A stretch of DNA of 64,000 nucleotides, taken from contig JAUIIY010000006.1 in the NCBI GenBank assembly GCA_030431375.1, positions 2,808-66,807 on the forward strand, given 5' to 3'. Shown one piece after another: positions 40,223 through 50,354 of this stretch. Every line of letters begins with the position of its first letter. Positions within the stretch are counted from its first letter, which is position 1. The notes below the pieces were generated by a model. The model searched no databases. It worked only from the letters and a program-made list of their open reading frames with translations, and was not told the DNA's origin. The position numbers were made by a program, and so were the translations under genes. Origin of the DNA: Alphaproteobacteria bacterium. GTDB lineage: Bacteria; Pseudomonadota; Alphaproteobacteria; Rickettsiales; JABSSG01.

Positions 40223-41096
40223 TATTTTTTTCCAGCTCTAACCATTTCTCACAGCATAATTTTGTCATAGCTCTGACCCTAGAAATATATGATGCTCTGT
40301 CAGTGGCACTTAACACACCTCTTGCATCTAATAGGTTAAATAAATGGCTTCCTTTAACACAATATTCATAAGCAGGTATAACCAGATTTTTCTCGATCAA
40401 ACGAAAGCACTCTTTTTCACTATCTTCAAAATGCCTGGTTATTATATCAACATTCGCCTCTTCCATAGCAAATTTCGATAATTCATATTCAGAACGCAAA
40501 AACAGATCAGCGTAACTCTTCTGATCTTTTGCATCTTTGGCTTCGTTAAAAAGCAAATCTTTAAAATCGTCCTTTTCTTGTATATATAAAGCGATTCTCT
40601 CTAAGCCATAAGTCAGCTCACCTGCTACTAAATCACACTCTATTCCGCCCATTTGCTGCATGTAGGTAAATTGCGAAACTTCCATACCATCGCACCAAAC
40701 CTCCCAGCCTAAACCAGAAGCACCTAATGTCGGGCTTTCCCAATCATCTTCTACAAAGCGTATATCATGTTTTTTTGTATCCAAACCCAAATTTTCTAAA
40801 CTTTCCAAATAAAGTTGTTGGATATTATCCGGGGAAGGTTTCAAAATAACCTGGAATTGGTGATATTTATGCAGGCGATTCGGATGCTCACCATATCTAC
40901 TGTCAGCTGGTCTTCTTGAAGGCTGTACGTAAGCAACTTTATATGGAGTCTTGCCTAAGGCATAAAAAGTGGTCGCGGTATGAAATGTCCCAGCTCCCAT
41001 TTCAAGGTCATAAGGTTGTAATATAGCACATCCTTGTTTATGCCAATATTCCTGTAACAAGAATATCAAACCCTGAAATGATTTAGCATTAAACAT
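40215..41096 (-). CDS. glyQ: Glycyl-tRNA synthetase alpha subunit
   Basis: 293-aa [55 protein letters not shown]-like, [16 protein letters not shown]. Confidence 0.96.
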   Translation of the reverse strand: MFNAKSFQGLIFLLQEYWHKQGCAILQPYDLEMGAGTFHTATTFYALGKTPYKVAYVQPSRRPADSRYGEHPNRLHKYHQFQVILKPSPDNIQQLYLESLENLGLDTKKHDIRFVEDDWESPTLGASGLGWEVWCDGMEVSQFTYMQQMGGIECDLVAGELTYGLERIALYIQEKDDFKDLLFNEAKDAKDQKSYADLFLRSEYELSKFAMEEANVDIITRHFEDSEKECFRLIEKNLVIPAYEYCVKGSHLFNLLDARGVLSATDRASYISRVRAMTKLCCEKWLELEKNNG

Positions 41097-41105
41097 TAGG
41101 TATAC

Positions 41106-41663
41106 CTAAACTTGCATTATCTCTTTTTCACGTTCAGACAAAGCTACATCAATCTTTTTAGTAAAATCATCAGTAATTTTTTGGATATCATCAGAAGCTT
41201 TACGCAACTCATCTTCAGAGATTTCTTTAGCTTTCTCCAGTTTTTTGACTTCTTCAATCCCATCCCTACGGATATTCCTGATTGCTACTTTTGTTTGTTC
41301 TGCATATTTCGAAGCTAGTTTCACTAAATCTCTTCTCCTTTCTTCACTGAGAGGAGGAATAGGAACTCTAACTATTTGACCATCTGATGAGGCATTTACC
41401 CCAAGATCAGAATTATTAATGGCTTTCTCGACTGATTTGACCGCAGATTTATCCCATACTTGGACAACTAATAATTTTGGATCTTGAGCGGAAACTGAAC
41501 CTACTTGGTTTATTGGCATCATACTGCCGTAAACTTCTACAACTATTGTGTCAAGAAAACTTGGACTTGCTCTACCAGTTCTTATCCCTTTTAACTCGCT
41601 CACTAAATTATTAAACGAGTTATTCATTTTTTTATTTATGTCTGATTTAATTTGATCAATCAT
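41106..41663 (-). CDS. frr: Ribosome recycling factor
   Basis: 185-aa ORF. LKGIRTGRASPSFLD, IPPLSEERRRDLVK, IRNIRRD. Confidence 0.95.
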   Translation of the reverse strand: MIDQIKSDINKKMNNSFNNLVSELKGIRTGRASPSFLDTIVVEVYGSMMPINQVGSVSAQDPKLLVVQVWDKSAVKSVEKAINNSDLGVNASSDGQIVRVPIPPLSEERRRDLVKLASKYAEQTKVAIRNIRRDGIEEVKKLEKAKEISEDELRKASDDIQKITDDFTKKIDVALSEREKEIMQV

Positions 41664-41671
41664 ATACTCAC

Positions 41672-42391
41672 CTATTTGATGATTGTAAATTTGCCTTTTT
41701 TATTTACAGCATTATGCATAGCACCTTCTTCGTGAATAGCAAAAATAACTACGGGAAGTTTATTCTCCCTCGCTAAAGCGATCGCTGAAGTATCCATAAC
41801 AGAAAGATTCTCGGCCAGCACCTTCTGGTATGACAACTCCGAATATCTCTCAGCATCACCAACCTTTTTTGGGTCGGCACTATAAACACCATCCACTTGG
41901 GTTGCTTTTAATAAAACATCACAATTCAGTTCAACAGCTCTTAATGCAGCTGCGGTATCAGTAGAAAAGAATGGATTTCCAGTTCCTGCCGCACAAATAA
42001 CAATACGGCCTTTTTCCATATGACGGATCGCCCTTCTTCTAACGTAAGGTTCACAAACAGTTGTCATAGGTATTGCTGAACAAACTCTGGTGTCCACACC
42101 AAGTTTTTCAATTACACTCTGAAACGCTATAGCGTTCATCACAGTGCCCAACATTCCCATAAAATCACAGCTCGCTCTGTCAATTAGATCTTTGTCACCG
42201 GCAAGCGCCGCACCACGAAATATATTACCACCACCAACAACAATACTGATTTCTATTCCAGCATCATGTAAGGCCTTAATATCTTTTGCTATCCTCTGGA
42301 CTTCATTGAAATCATAACCAAATTCGTTAATTCCCTTCAATGCCTCACCAGAAATTTTTAGCAAAACACGCTTATAAGGCCTTGTACTCAT
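41672..42391 (-). CDS. pyrH: UMP kinase
   Basis: 239-aa [44 protein letters not shown]. Confidence 0.95.
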   Translation of the reverse strand: MSTRPYKRVLLKISGEALKGINEFGYDFNEVQRIAKDIKALHDAGIEISIVVGGGNIFRGAALAGDKDLIDRASCDFMGMLGTVMNAIAFQSVIEKLGVDTRVCSAIPMTTVCEPYVRRRAIRHMEKGRIVICAAGTGNPFFSTDTAAALRAVELNCDVLLKATQVDGVYSADPKKVGDAERYSELSYQKVLAENLSVMDTSAIALARENKLPVVIFAIHEEGAMHNAVNKKGKFTIIK

Positions 42392-42400
42392 AATAAATAT

Positions 42401-43327
42401 TTACTTTGTTCCTGAAATTTTTGCCACTTCATTAGCGAAATCTTCTTCTTCAACTTCAATGCCTTCACCAAGTTCATATCTTACAAAACCAGATATTTTG
42501 ACTTCGCATTTATGGTCTTTTGCAAAAGAAGCTACAACTTCACTTACTGGGGTTTTACCATCCATTACAAATGCTTGATCCAGCAAAACAATCTCTTTGT
42601 AGAATTTTTGTATTCTTCCATCAACCATTTTTTCTATGATATTATCTGGTTTGCCAGAAGCTTTAGCTTGCTCAGCAAAAATCTCTCTTTCTTTTGCGAC
42701 TACTTTTGGATCCACTTCTTCACTTGTCAGAGCTATTGGTTTTGCAGCTGCAACATGCATAGCAATCTGCTTTCCTAATTGCTCTAATTCTGCTGCCGGA
42801 CCATTTGATTCTAGTGCAACAAGAACAGCAATTTTACCAACATTTGGTATTACAGCATTGTGGATATAACTAGATACAACACCCTGGTTAACTCCAAGTT
42901 TTTGCATTCTTCTTAGATTCATATTTTCACCGATAACAGCAATATGATCTACAATCTCAGAAGCCACATCTTTAGAGCCACCTTCACACTGAATGGTTTT
43001 TAAGTTTTCTATATCACTAGCTTTTAATGCAGTTTTTACTACGTTAGCTACCAATTGTTGGAATTTTTCATTTCTCGCGACAAAGTCAGTTTCAGCATTG
43101 AGCTCTAATACTACGCCTTCCTTACCGGAAACGGCAACAGCCACTAAACCTTCTGCTGCTACTCTGCCAGATTTTTTGCCAGCAAGAGCATGGCCTTTCT
43201 TCCTAAGCCAATCTATCGCAGCCTCAAAATCACCACTGCATTCTAGCAATGCTTTTTTACAATCCATCATCCCTGCGCCTGTTTTTTCACGCAGATCTTT
43301 AACCAATGTTGCTGTAATCTGTGTCAT
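42401..43327 (-). CDS. tsf: Elongation factor Ts
   Basis: 308-aa ORF. LVKDLREKTGAGMMDCKKAL, ETDFVARNE. Confidence 0.95.
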   Translation of the reverse strand: MTQITATLVKDLREKTGAGMMDCKKALLECSGDFEAAIDWLRKKGHALAGKKSGRVAAEGLVAVAVSGKEGVVLELNAETDFVARNEKFQQLVANVVKTALKASDIENLKTIQCEGGSKDVASEIVDHIAVIGENMNLRRMQKLGVNQGVVSSYIHNAVIPNVGKIAVLVALESNGPAAELEQLGKQIAMHVAAAKPIALTSEEVDPKVVAKEREIFAEQAKASGKPDNIIEKMVDGRIQKFYKEIVLLDQAFVMDGKTPVSEVVASFAKDHKCEVKISGFVRYELGEGIEVEEEDFANEVAKISGTK

Positions 43328-43347
43328 ACAATCTCTCTTTTTCTTTA

Positions 43348-44151
43348 CTAGTTGTTTTCTTCTATAATTTTTTCGCTGACTTCTTCCACAGCTTCACTCA
43401 TAGGCTGAGATTTTTTTTCATCAAGAACCACTCCTGAATCCGCCAAACTTTTTTCAATCGCCTTCAAAATTGTATCCGAAACCATATCACAGTAGAATTT
43501 TATAGAACGACTCGAATCATCATTACCAGGAATTAAGTAATCAACCCCTTCTGGCTTACCGTTAGTGTCAACGATCGCAATAACTGGAACACCAAGTTTG
43601 TTTGCTTCTTTAATAGCAATATTTTCCTTACCACTATCGATTACAAATAACAGATCTGGACGTCCGTTAATACTTCTAATTCCACCTAGAGAAGCATCAA
43701 GTTTTTCTCTTTTTCTATCAAAATCCAATAATTCTTTTTTACTATATTTTGCAGAATCTTCTTTCTCTGCAGTTTCGATAACTTTTTCAATGTCTTCCAT
43801 CTTCCTGATAGATTTAGAAACTGTATTCCAGTTCGTCATCATACCACCAAGCCATCTCTTATTAACAAAATACTGGCCGCTTCTTTCAGCAGCTTCTTTA
43901 ACTATATCAACAGCTTGTTTTTTTGTTCCAACAAATAATATTTTTCCGTTATTTTTTGCTACTTCATAGACTTTCTTTAGAGCATTGTGAAATAAAGGAG
44001 CCGATTTCTGCAAATCAATAATATGCACACCGTTTCTTTCGCCATAGATAAAAGGCGCCATTTGCGGATTCCACCTTGAAGTCTTGTGTCCGAAGTGAAC
44101 ACCAGCTTCTAGCATCTGTGAAATAGTAAATTTAGGGATAATATCATTCAT
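43348..44151 (-). CDS. rpsB: 30S ribosomal protein S2
   Basis: 267-aa ORF. MLEAGVHFGHKTSRWNP.M..FI, HIIDL, ILFVGTKKQA, GGMMTNW. Confidence 0.96.
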   Translation of the reverse strand: MNDIIPKFTISQMLEAGVHFGHKTSRWNPQMAPFIYGERNGVHIIDLQKSAPLFHNALKKVYEVAKNNGKILFVGTKKQAVDIVKEAAERSGQYFVNKRWLGGMMTNWNTVSKSIRKMEDIEKVIETAEKEDSAKYSKKELLDFDRKREKLDASLGGIRSINGRPDLLFVIDSGKENIAIKEANKLGVPVIAIVDTNGKPEGVDYLIPGNDDSSRSIKFYCDMVSDTILKAIEKSLADSGVVLDEKKSQPMSEAVEEVSEKIIEENN

Positions 44152-44180
44152 AATAAACTCATATTTTAGTTAAAAACCTC

Positions 44181-44239
44181 TGCAAGGGGAAGACACCGTA
44201 GCGCACTAAAATATCCCTTGCATGCGTGATGATACGCAT
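44181..44239 (-). promoter_or_regulatory. Two abutting hairpins in the rpsB 5' leader / DUF1013 3' region
   Basis: Perfect inverted repeats read directly. TGCAAGGG (44181-44188) pairs with CCCTTGCA (44215-44222). ATGCGT (44222-44227) pairs with ACGCAT (44234-44239). On the minus strand the first is followed by GAGGTTTTTA. Confidence 0.4.
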
Positions 44240-44316
44240 AATAGGTATTTTCTGTTAAGATTTCAACGTTTTTCTTCGATTTATGTACAGAATTTACTAT
44301 TACAACGAACGAATCC

Positions 44317-44847
44317 TTAGCTAGACTTAGAGTCTTCTCGAGCCTTAGCCATAGCTTCATCCAAAGCAGTTTGCGTGCAAAGACCTAGGATCACAGGATC
44401 ACGCGATCTAATATTTTGCATATTCCAATGCTCTCTATTTCTGATAGTTTCGATTGTACCTTTGGTAGTCCCAATTAATTTAGAAATTTTTGCATCAGAC
44501 ATTTCTGGACAATTTTTTATGATCCAATAAACACCATCCGGTTTATCTTGTCTGCGCGCTATTGGAGTATATTTAGCAACTTTCTTTTTCTTTGCAACTA
44601 AAGTAGCAGATTTTACAATTTGTAATTTTGCTGCACTATTTCCTTCACATCTTTTTATTTCTGCTGCGGTCAACTCACCATTTAAAACGGGATTCTCCGC
44701 TATAATATTAGCAGCCACTTCGCCATCAGCTATTGCTTGCACCTCAAGAGGGTGTAACCCGCAAAAACTACCGATTTGTTCAAATGTCAGGCTAGTATTA
44801 TCCACTAACCAAACCGCAGTTGCTTTAGGCATCAAAGGGCCACTCAT
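44317..44847 (-). CDS. DUF1013-family protein (alphaproteobacterial, putative DNA-binding/cell-cycle-associated)
   Basis: 176-aa ORF. The N-terminus PLMPKATAVWLVDNTSLTFEQIGSFCGLHPLEVQAIADGEVA is characteristic of DUF1013. A second HTH-like repeat reads KISKLIGTTKGTIETIRNREHWN. Confidence 0.75.
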   Translation of the reverse strand: MSGPLMPKATAVWLVDNTSLTFEQIGSFCGLHPLEVQAIADGEVAANIIAENPVLNGELTAAEIKRCEGNSAAKLQIVKSATLVAKKKKVAKYTPIARRQDKPDGVYWIIKNCPEMSDAKISKLIGTTKGTIETIRNREHWNMQNIRSRDPVILGLCTQTALDEAMAKAREDSKSS

Positions 44848-44952
44848 AAAAAACCTCTTAAATTAAAAATGTCTAATTTTGCACAAACATTAACCGCAAT
44901 TCGCCTGATTGTCAATCTCAATAAATATTAGCGGGCCAGTACGGATAACTTA

Positions 44953-45267
44953 TTATTTGTGCCCGGTCAACCAACTTAAATATCCTGCATTGCCAGATAA
45001 TATTGGCAACTCTAAGATACAAGGGCAGCTATAAGAATGCATTTGCTCGATCTCAGTTGTAACATGCTTTACACTGTCTGAGCGTAATTTCAAAATCGCA
45101 ACATTTTCACTATCCTCCTTAATATCCCCTCCCCAAATATAAAGCGAGCTAACTTTAGCGAAAATGTTGGCGCATACTATTAGATTTTTATTTAATAATT
45201 CTTTTGTTATTCTTTTTGCCTCATCAGAATCGGCGAACGTTACATACAATAGTGACACTTGTTTCAT
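44953..45267 (-). CDS. cutA: Divalent-cation tolerance protein CutA
   Basis: 104-aa ORF. LIVCANIF..V.S.Y.W.G.I..D.E......K and HSY..PCIL..PI pattern. Confidence 0.85.
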   Translation of the reverse strand: MKQVSLLYVTFADSDEAKRITKELLNKNLIVCANIFAKVSSLYIWGGDIKEDSENVAILKLRSDSVKHVTTEIEQMHSYSCPCILELPILSGNAGYLSWLTGHK

Positions 45268-45350
45268 AGCAACCTCAAAAAAAATTTTCGATCTTTAACT
45301 TTTCATTAAGATATTTATTTCATAATGGCGACGCAAAAAGCAAGGATATT

Positions 45351-47207
45351 ATGAAAGATAACGCAGAATTAATCGATACAAGTCTTAGTGAAGAGCACTT
45401 TTTTGATACAACAGCAATAATAAGTGCAATCAAAGAAGATGATTCAAATACTATCAAAAAATATCTGAACAAAAACCTCTTCAACGACTTTTTAGACGAG
45501 GATGAGAATACCCCTATACATATAGCTGTAATTAGAAAAAACAGGAAATCTCTGTTATTGTTTTTGGAGCATGGCATGAGCCCAAACCAAATTAATAGCA
45601 GCCATTTGACCCCCCTGCATATAGCTGTTAACCAAAAAGATATTAAATCTGCAAAGCTTCTTTTAAAATTTGGCGCAGATAAAGAAGCCATTGATAATAA
45701 TGGAAAAAGCGCTACTGAACTTGCAGAAGAGAATCAATTTGATGAATTCCTGAACTTAGCTAGCAAAGTTACCAATATCCCAAAAAGAGATTCTATAGTC
45801 TCGGCTAATTATGATAATTGCGTGGAATCTTTGCTGGAGAATATAAAAAGCCTAACAACTCCCAAAAAGAGGGTAAGCATAACTTCTAAGGTAATATCCG
45901 AATGTTTGAATATAGATCAAGAACTTCTAAGGGAGCTGTTGGATAGTCATGAAAAAAAGATCACAAGCCAATTATCCAACATATTCGTAGGAATAAAAAA
46001 TACAGATCAATTATCGAGAGAAGAAAATTTAAAACTTGTAAGAAAATATATATCTACCCTCAACTCTCTCTTATTACATCCTCTGAACGAAAAGGAAAAA
46101 ATCTCTGAAATTCAGAAACTTAGCAAATTAGAAAAAATCTCTGAGGATAAAATCATCTATTTTGCCTCAGAAAATACGATTAAACCTCAGTTGCCATCCG
46201 TAGGAAAGGCGATATCAGTCGGAAATCAAATTATAGGCGAACCCGAAACTTTAAAGAAGATTCTTGAAGGTAAATGCGCAAAAGCTGAAAAATTATCTCC
46301 TTATAATTTTCTTGATTATGATAATCAACAAATTATATGTAGACAAATAAACAAGGAAATGTGTTTTATTGACAAAATAACGATCAAAACCCATTCTCCT
46401 ATCAGCACATTAGAGAGCGAAGCGATAATCAATGCTTGCGAAGAAGACATAGCTAAAGAAAATGTAAAAAACGCAAAAAAAGCAATTAAAGGCAATGAAA
46501 AAATCCTTCTTCTTGCTAATAGTAGAAATTTTGATGAAGCTCTCAGACCAGGAAAAATACATAATGTACATTTAGTATATTTTTGCTCTCATAATGAATC
46601 TTATGAAGAAAATCTTGATAAACTCTCAAGAATCTCTCTTTGCACAGGATGTACAGTTCACTCTTTCAATTACCCGGGCATAAATAATAGTTCGGGTCAT
46701 GTTGATGAAGCTAAAGACATGATTTACGCTGGCCTTGCTACTGTAAATCTATTACTAGAAAAGGGCATCTCTCTTGATAAGATCGTTTTGTTCAGTGATT
46801 CTGAATCATATACGATTATCAAAAATGTTGTGCGCCAATTTTTCTTGGAAGAACTGAAAGTAAATAGATTCGGCATTATTGATTTATCTTTAGAACATAA
46901 TAAGAGAAAGTTCAAACCGACAAATCTTCGTAAATCTCTTTTATATTTCAACCCAAATCAAGTAGATTTAGCTCTTTATTCGGCAACGACTAAGGAAGAA
47001 AAACTGACACAATGTCTCAATGAATCAATTTTTTATGATAACAAACCAGAATTATTCAAAAAAAGTGATAATAATCCTTCTGTAATGAAAAAGTTGAAAG
47101 AATATATCCAATTAAACCAAGAATGTTTAAAGAAAAACTCAGAACTAAGAAATCCAGACTCATTAACTGTAAAAATTGATACAGTCAAAGGAGAAATTCA
47201 AGTTTAA
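45351..47207 (+). CDS. Ankyrin-repeat protein with a C-terminal degenerate alpha/beta-hydrolase-like region; effector candidate
   Basis: 618-aa ORF. N-terminal ANK repeats (NTPIHIAVIRKNRKSLLLFLEHGMSPNQINSSHLTPLHIAVNQKDIKSAKLLLKFGADKEAIDNNGKSATELA). aa ~405-500 (HLVYFCSHNESYE...FNYPGINNSSGHV...DKIVLFSDSESY) follows the ABHD/BEM46-like layout, with SDSES at the GxSxG position. No signal peptide. Confidence 0.8.
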   Translation: MKDNAELIDTSLSEEHFFDTTAIISAIKEDDSNTIKKYLNKNLFNDFLDEDENTPIHIAVIRKNRKSLLLFLEHGMSPNQINSSHLTPLHIAVNQKDIKSAKLLLKFGADKEAIDNNGKSATELAEENQFDEFLNLASKVTNIPKRDSIVSANYDNCVESLLENIKSLTTPKKRVSITSKVISECLNIDQELLRELLDSHEKKITSQLSNIFVGIKNTDQLSREENLKLVRKYISTLNSLLLHPLNEKEKISEIQKLSKLEKISEDKIIYFASENTIKPQLPSVGKAISVGNQIIGEPETLKKILEGKCAKAEKLSPYNFLDYDNQQIICRQINKEMCFIDKITIKTHSPISTLESEAIINACEEDIAKENVKNAKKAIKGNEKILLLANSRNFDEALRPGKIHNVHLVYFCSHNESYEENLDKLSRISLCTGCTVHSFNYPGINNSSGHVDEAKDMIYAGLATVNLLLEKGISLDKIVLFSDSESYTIIKNVVRQFFLEELKVNRFGIIDLSLEHNKRKFKPTNLRKSLLYFNPNQVDLALYSATTKEEKLTQCLNESIFYDNKPELFKKSDNNPSVMKKLKEYIQLNQECLKKNSELRNPDSLTVKIDTVKGEIQV

Positions 47208-47263
47208 TCTTGATATTCTTTTAGTTATATTCATATTAGATATACATAAAATTAGGAATAAAA

Positions 47264-48556
47264 ATGTCTGAGGAAAAAGCTCTCCTTAAGTTCAAAAGCC
47301 AAGAAGTTGAACTTCCAATCCTTACCCCATCAATGGGGCCTGAAACTATTGACGTAACAGGCTTATATAAACAAGGAGGAGTTTTCACCTTTGATCCAGG
47401 ATACCTCTCAACAGCATCTTGTGAATCAAAAATTACTTTTATTAATGGAGAGAAAGGACAGCTTCTTCATCGAGGTTATAATATTGAAGATCTAGCAAAT
47501 CACAGCGATTTCATGGAAGTATCATACTTGCTTCTCAACGGAGAATTACCAAATAAGTCACAAAAAGATGAATTTGTTAAAGAAATAACCTATCACTCAA
47601 TGGTGCATGAGCAATTACATTATTTATTTCGTGGTTTTGAGCGAAAGTCTCATCCGATGGCGATCATGGTTGGTGCCGTTGGAACTTTATCTTCTTTTTA
47701 CCATGACTCAATAGATACACATGACCCCAAGCAAAGAGAAATTTCTGCATATCGTCTGATAGCAAAAATTCCTACATTAGCCGCAATGACGTATAAATAT
47801 ACCATTGGCCAGCGCTTTATGTACCCTAAAAATGAATTAGATTACACATCAAATTTTTTACATATGATGTTTTCTACACCATGTGAAGATTTTCATGTAA
47901 ATCCTGTTATCTCACGCGCATTAGATAAAATATTTATTCTCCATGCAGATCACGAACAAAATGCATCAACCTCAACTGTAAGACTTGCTGGCTCTTCCGG
48001 AGCAAATCCATTTGCTTGTATTGCCGCTGGCATCGCATGCCTATGGGGACCTGCTCACGGTGGAGCAAATGAAGCTGTTATAAAAATGCTTGAAGAAATA
48101 GGCAGCGTAAATAACATTCCAAAATTTATAGAAAAAGCTAAAGACAAAAATGATCCATTCAGACTTATGGGTTTTGGGCACAGAGTTTATAAAAATTATG
48201 ACCCCCGAGCATCTGTGCTAAGAGAATCATGTCACGAAGTACTCAAAACTGTTAAATCTAACAAAGAAAGCCATCTTTTAGAAATTGCCCTAAAATTGGA
48301 GCAAATCGCATTACAGGATGAGTATTTTATATCAAGAAAGCTTTTCCCCAATGTTGATTTCTATTCAGGCATTATTTACAAAGCCATGAACATACCTTCC
48401 GAAATGTATACCGTCTTGTTTGCATTAGCTAGAACTGTTGGATGGGTTTCACAATGGAAAGAGATGATGGATGACCCTCAAATGCGGATCGGCAGACCAA
48501 GACAACTATATACCGGTCCTTCTCAAAGGGGATTTGTTCCTCTAAAAGACAGATAA
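47264..48556 (+). CDS. gltA: Citrate synthase (type II)
   Basis: 430-aa [45 protein letters not shown] lies 8 nt upstream of the ATG. Confidence 0.96.
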   Translation: MSEEKALLKFKSQEVELPILTPSMGPETIDVTGLYKQGGVFTFDPGYLSTASCESKITFINGEKGQLLHRGYNIEDLANHSDFMEVSYLLLNGELPNKSQKDEFVKEITYHSMVHEQLHYLFRGFERKSHPMAIMVGAVGTLSSFYHDSIDTHDPKQREISAYRLIAKIPTLAAMTYKYTIGQRFMYPKNELDYTSNFLHMMFSTPCEDFHVNPVISRALDKIFILHADHEQNASTSTVRLAGSSGANPFACIAAGIACLWGPAHGGANEAVIKMLEEIGSVNNIPKFIEKAKDKNDPFRLMGFGHRVYKNYDPRASVLRESCHEVLKTVKSNKESHLLEIALKLEQIALQDEYFISRKLFPNVDFYSGIIYKAMNIPSEMYTVLFALARTVGWVSQWKEMMDDPQMRIGRPRQLYTGPSQRGFVPLKDR

Positions 48557-48565
48557 ATTATCTGT
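48549..48565. other. Perfect 7-bp palindrome ACAGATA-aat-TATCTGT spanning the stop codons of convergent gltA and the UDG gene
   Basis: Read directly. gltA TAA is at 48554-48556 and the UDG stop (TAA on the minus strand) is at 48558-48560, both inside the hairpin. Confidence 0.5.
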
Positions 48566-49331
48566 TAAGAAGATCCTTGATAAATAACATATCACTCCAG
48601 GCGGCCTTTTTTTGGAGTGGTTGCCTCAACAAATATGAGGGATGAAAGGTCACAACAGAATCTATCGGCTTATCCAAATATTCATTTTTATATTCAAATA
48701 TTTTTTTCCTTTGCTTTGTAACCGGGCCAAGATCACCAAACAAAGCAAATGATGCTGTGCTGCCAACCATGATCAGAATCTTTGGCTTTATTAATGCGAT
48801 ATGTTTCTCCACAAATGGTCTACATATCCTTATCTCTTCATCTGTTGGCCTACGATTTCCTGGCGGTCTCCAAAAAACTGTATTACTGATATAAGCATTC
48901 TTTTCTCTGGTCAGACCAATCGAGTAAATCACTTTATCCAACAATTTTCCACTATCACCACAAAATGGTATGCCTTGTACATCCTCATTAGCACCCGGAG
49001 CCTCACCAATAAGCATCACGTGCGCTTTTTCATTCCCATCAGCAAACACCATATTGGTTGCAGTTTTATATAGCCCACACCCTTTGAAATTATGTAGCGC
49101 TTCTCTCAAATCAGATATATTATCTATGTCTTTTACAATCTCACAAGCTTCTTTGTAGGCATCATCACCAGATATCATATCGCTCTTTATATCCATTAAA
49201 TTAACATCTGTATTTCGATCAATAACAGCTCTTTTCCTTTCAATTAAACTCTTCTCTTCAATTGATTCATCCACACCCGCATCTAAATGCATTTGTAAAA
49301 TATCAATTATATTTGTATTAATTTTACTCAC
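48558..49331 (-). CDS. Uracil-DNA glycosylase, family 4
   Basis: 257-aa ORF. C-terminal core CGLYKTATNMVF.DGN....VMLIGEAPGANEDVQGIPFCGDSGKLLD and FHPSYLLR. About 80-aa N-terminal extension. Confidence 0.85.
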   Translation of the reverse strand: MSKINTNIIDILQMHLDAGVDESIEEKSLIERKRAVIDRNTDVNLMDIKSDMISGDDAYKEACEIVKDIDNISDLREALHNFKGCGLYKTATNMVFADGNEKAHVMLIGEAPGANEDVQGIPFCGDSGKLLDKVIYSIGLTREKNAYISNTVFWRPPGNRRPTDEEIRICRPFVEKHIALIKPKILIMVGSTASFALFGDLGPVTKQRKKIFEYKNEYLDKPIDSVVTFHPSYLLRQPLQKKAAWSDMLFIKDLLNR

Positions 49332-49367
49332 AAAAAAATATAAAATATTTAATAAAAATTAGATTAT

Positions 49368-50354
49368 ATGAATTTTCCCAATATTAAAGATAAATATAGC
49401 TTGGTAGTTCAAGATGACGATAATAACATCAGGATAGACAAGTTTTTAGCAAATTTTTTACCTTCACTTTCAAGAAGTAAAATTCAGAAATACATCAAAG
49501 ATGGCTATGCTGTAGTTAATTCTAAAACTGTAACCGAAATTAAATATAAACTTGGAACTGACGACCAAGTGCAATTAAGCGTACCGGAATCCCCTGCTCT
49601 AGATATAGAACCTAAAGAACAAAACTTTTTAGTTGTTTATGAAGATGAGCATCTTGCAGTGATCGATAAGCCAGCGGGTCTTACAGTTCACCCAGGCAGC
49701 GGAACAGGAGAAGATACACTTGTTCACGGCATGCTCGCATGTTTTGACACTCTTTCTGATGTCGCAGGCCCAGAAAGACCCGGAATAGTTCATCGCATTG
49801 ATAAAAACACTAGTGGCTTGATGATTATCGCAAAAGATAATGAAACTCATCTCAAATTAAGTGATATGCTAAAAGATAAAACTATCGAAAGAAAATATAA
49901 AGCCGTTATTTTAGGAATGCTCAAACCTCCTTCGGGACATATTGACAAAAACATTGCCCGCTCAAGAAAAGATAGAAAGAAAATGGGCGTAGTAACAACT
50001 GGAGGTAAAACAGCAATAACACATTATGATACCATTGAAATATTTCAAAATGGTCTGGCAAGTGAGGTTGAGTGCAAACTGGAAACTGGGAGAACGCATC
50101 AAATTAGAGTACATTTCAGCCATATTGGACACCCTATATTGGGCGACCCAGAATATGGGAATTTTAGATCTTATAAATTTCAATCGCTTTCCAAAGAGGT
50201 TATTGAATATCTAAAAGAATTTAATAGACAGGCCCTACATTCATATAGCCTTGAATTCGTTCACCCCATTACCAATGAAAATCTTAGCTTCAAAAGTGAT
50301 CTGCCTGATGATATAGTCGTACTGCTAGATAAATTAAGGCAAAAAAATGCATAA
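49368..50354 (+). CDS. rluD: 23S rRNA pseudouridine synthase, RluA family (RluD-like, with S4 domain)
   Basis: 328-aa ORF. S4 domain RIDKFLANFL..LSRSKIQKYIKDG. Catalytic HRIDKNTSGLMIIAK. GRTHQIRVH. Confidence 0.85.
   Translation: MNFPNIKDKYSLVVQDDDNNIRIDKFLANFLPSLSRSKIQKYIKDGYAVVNSKTVTEIKYKLGTDDQVQLSVPESPALDIEPKEQNFLVVYEDEHLAVIDKPAGLTVHPGSGTGEDTLVHGMLACFDTLSDVAGPERPGIVHRIDKNTSGLMIIAKDNETHLKLSDMLKDKTIERKYKAVILGMLKPPSGHIDKNIARSRKDRKKMGVVTTGGKTAITHYDTIEIFQNGLASEVECKLETGRTHQIRVHFSHIGHPILGDPEYGNFRSYKFQSLSKEVIEYLKEFNRQALHSYSLEFVHPITNENLSFKSDLPDDIVVLLDKLRQKNA

Noticed and set aside
44166-44360. 64-aa minus-strand ORF in the rpsB upstream spacer
   Set aside because: It overlaps the DUF1013 gene end and the hairpin region and has no RBS or recognisable sequence. 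The region is better explained as a structured leader or terminator.
45320-45691. 123-aa minus-strand ORF overlapping the start of the ankyrin/hydrolase gene
   Set aside because: The plus-strand frame encodes textbook ANK repeats across the same bases. The minus-strand product has no motif and would collide with the cutA-proximal promoter region.
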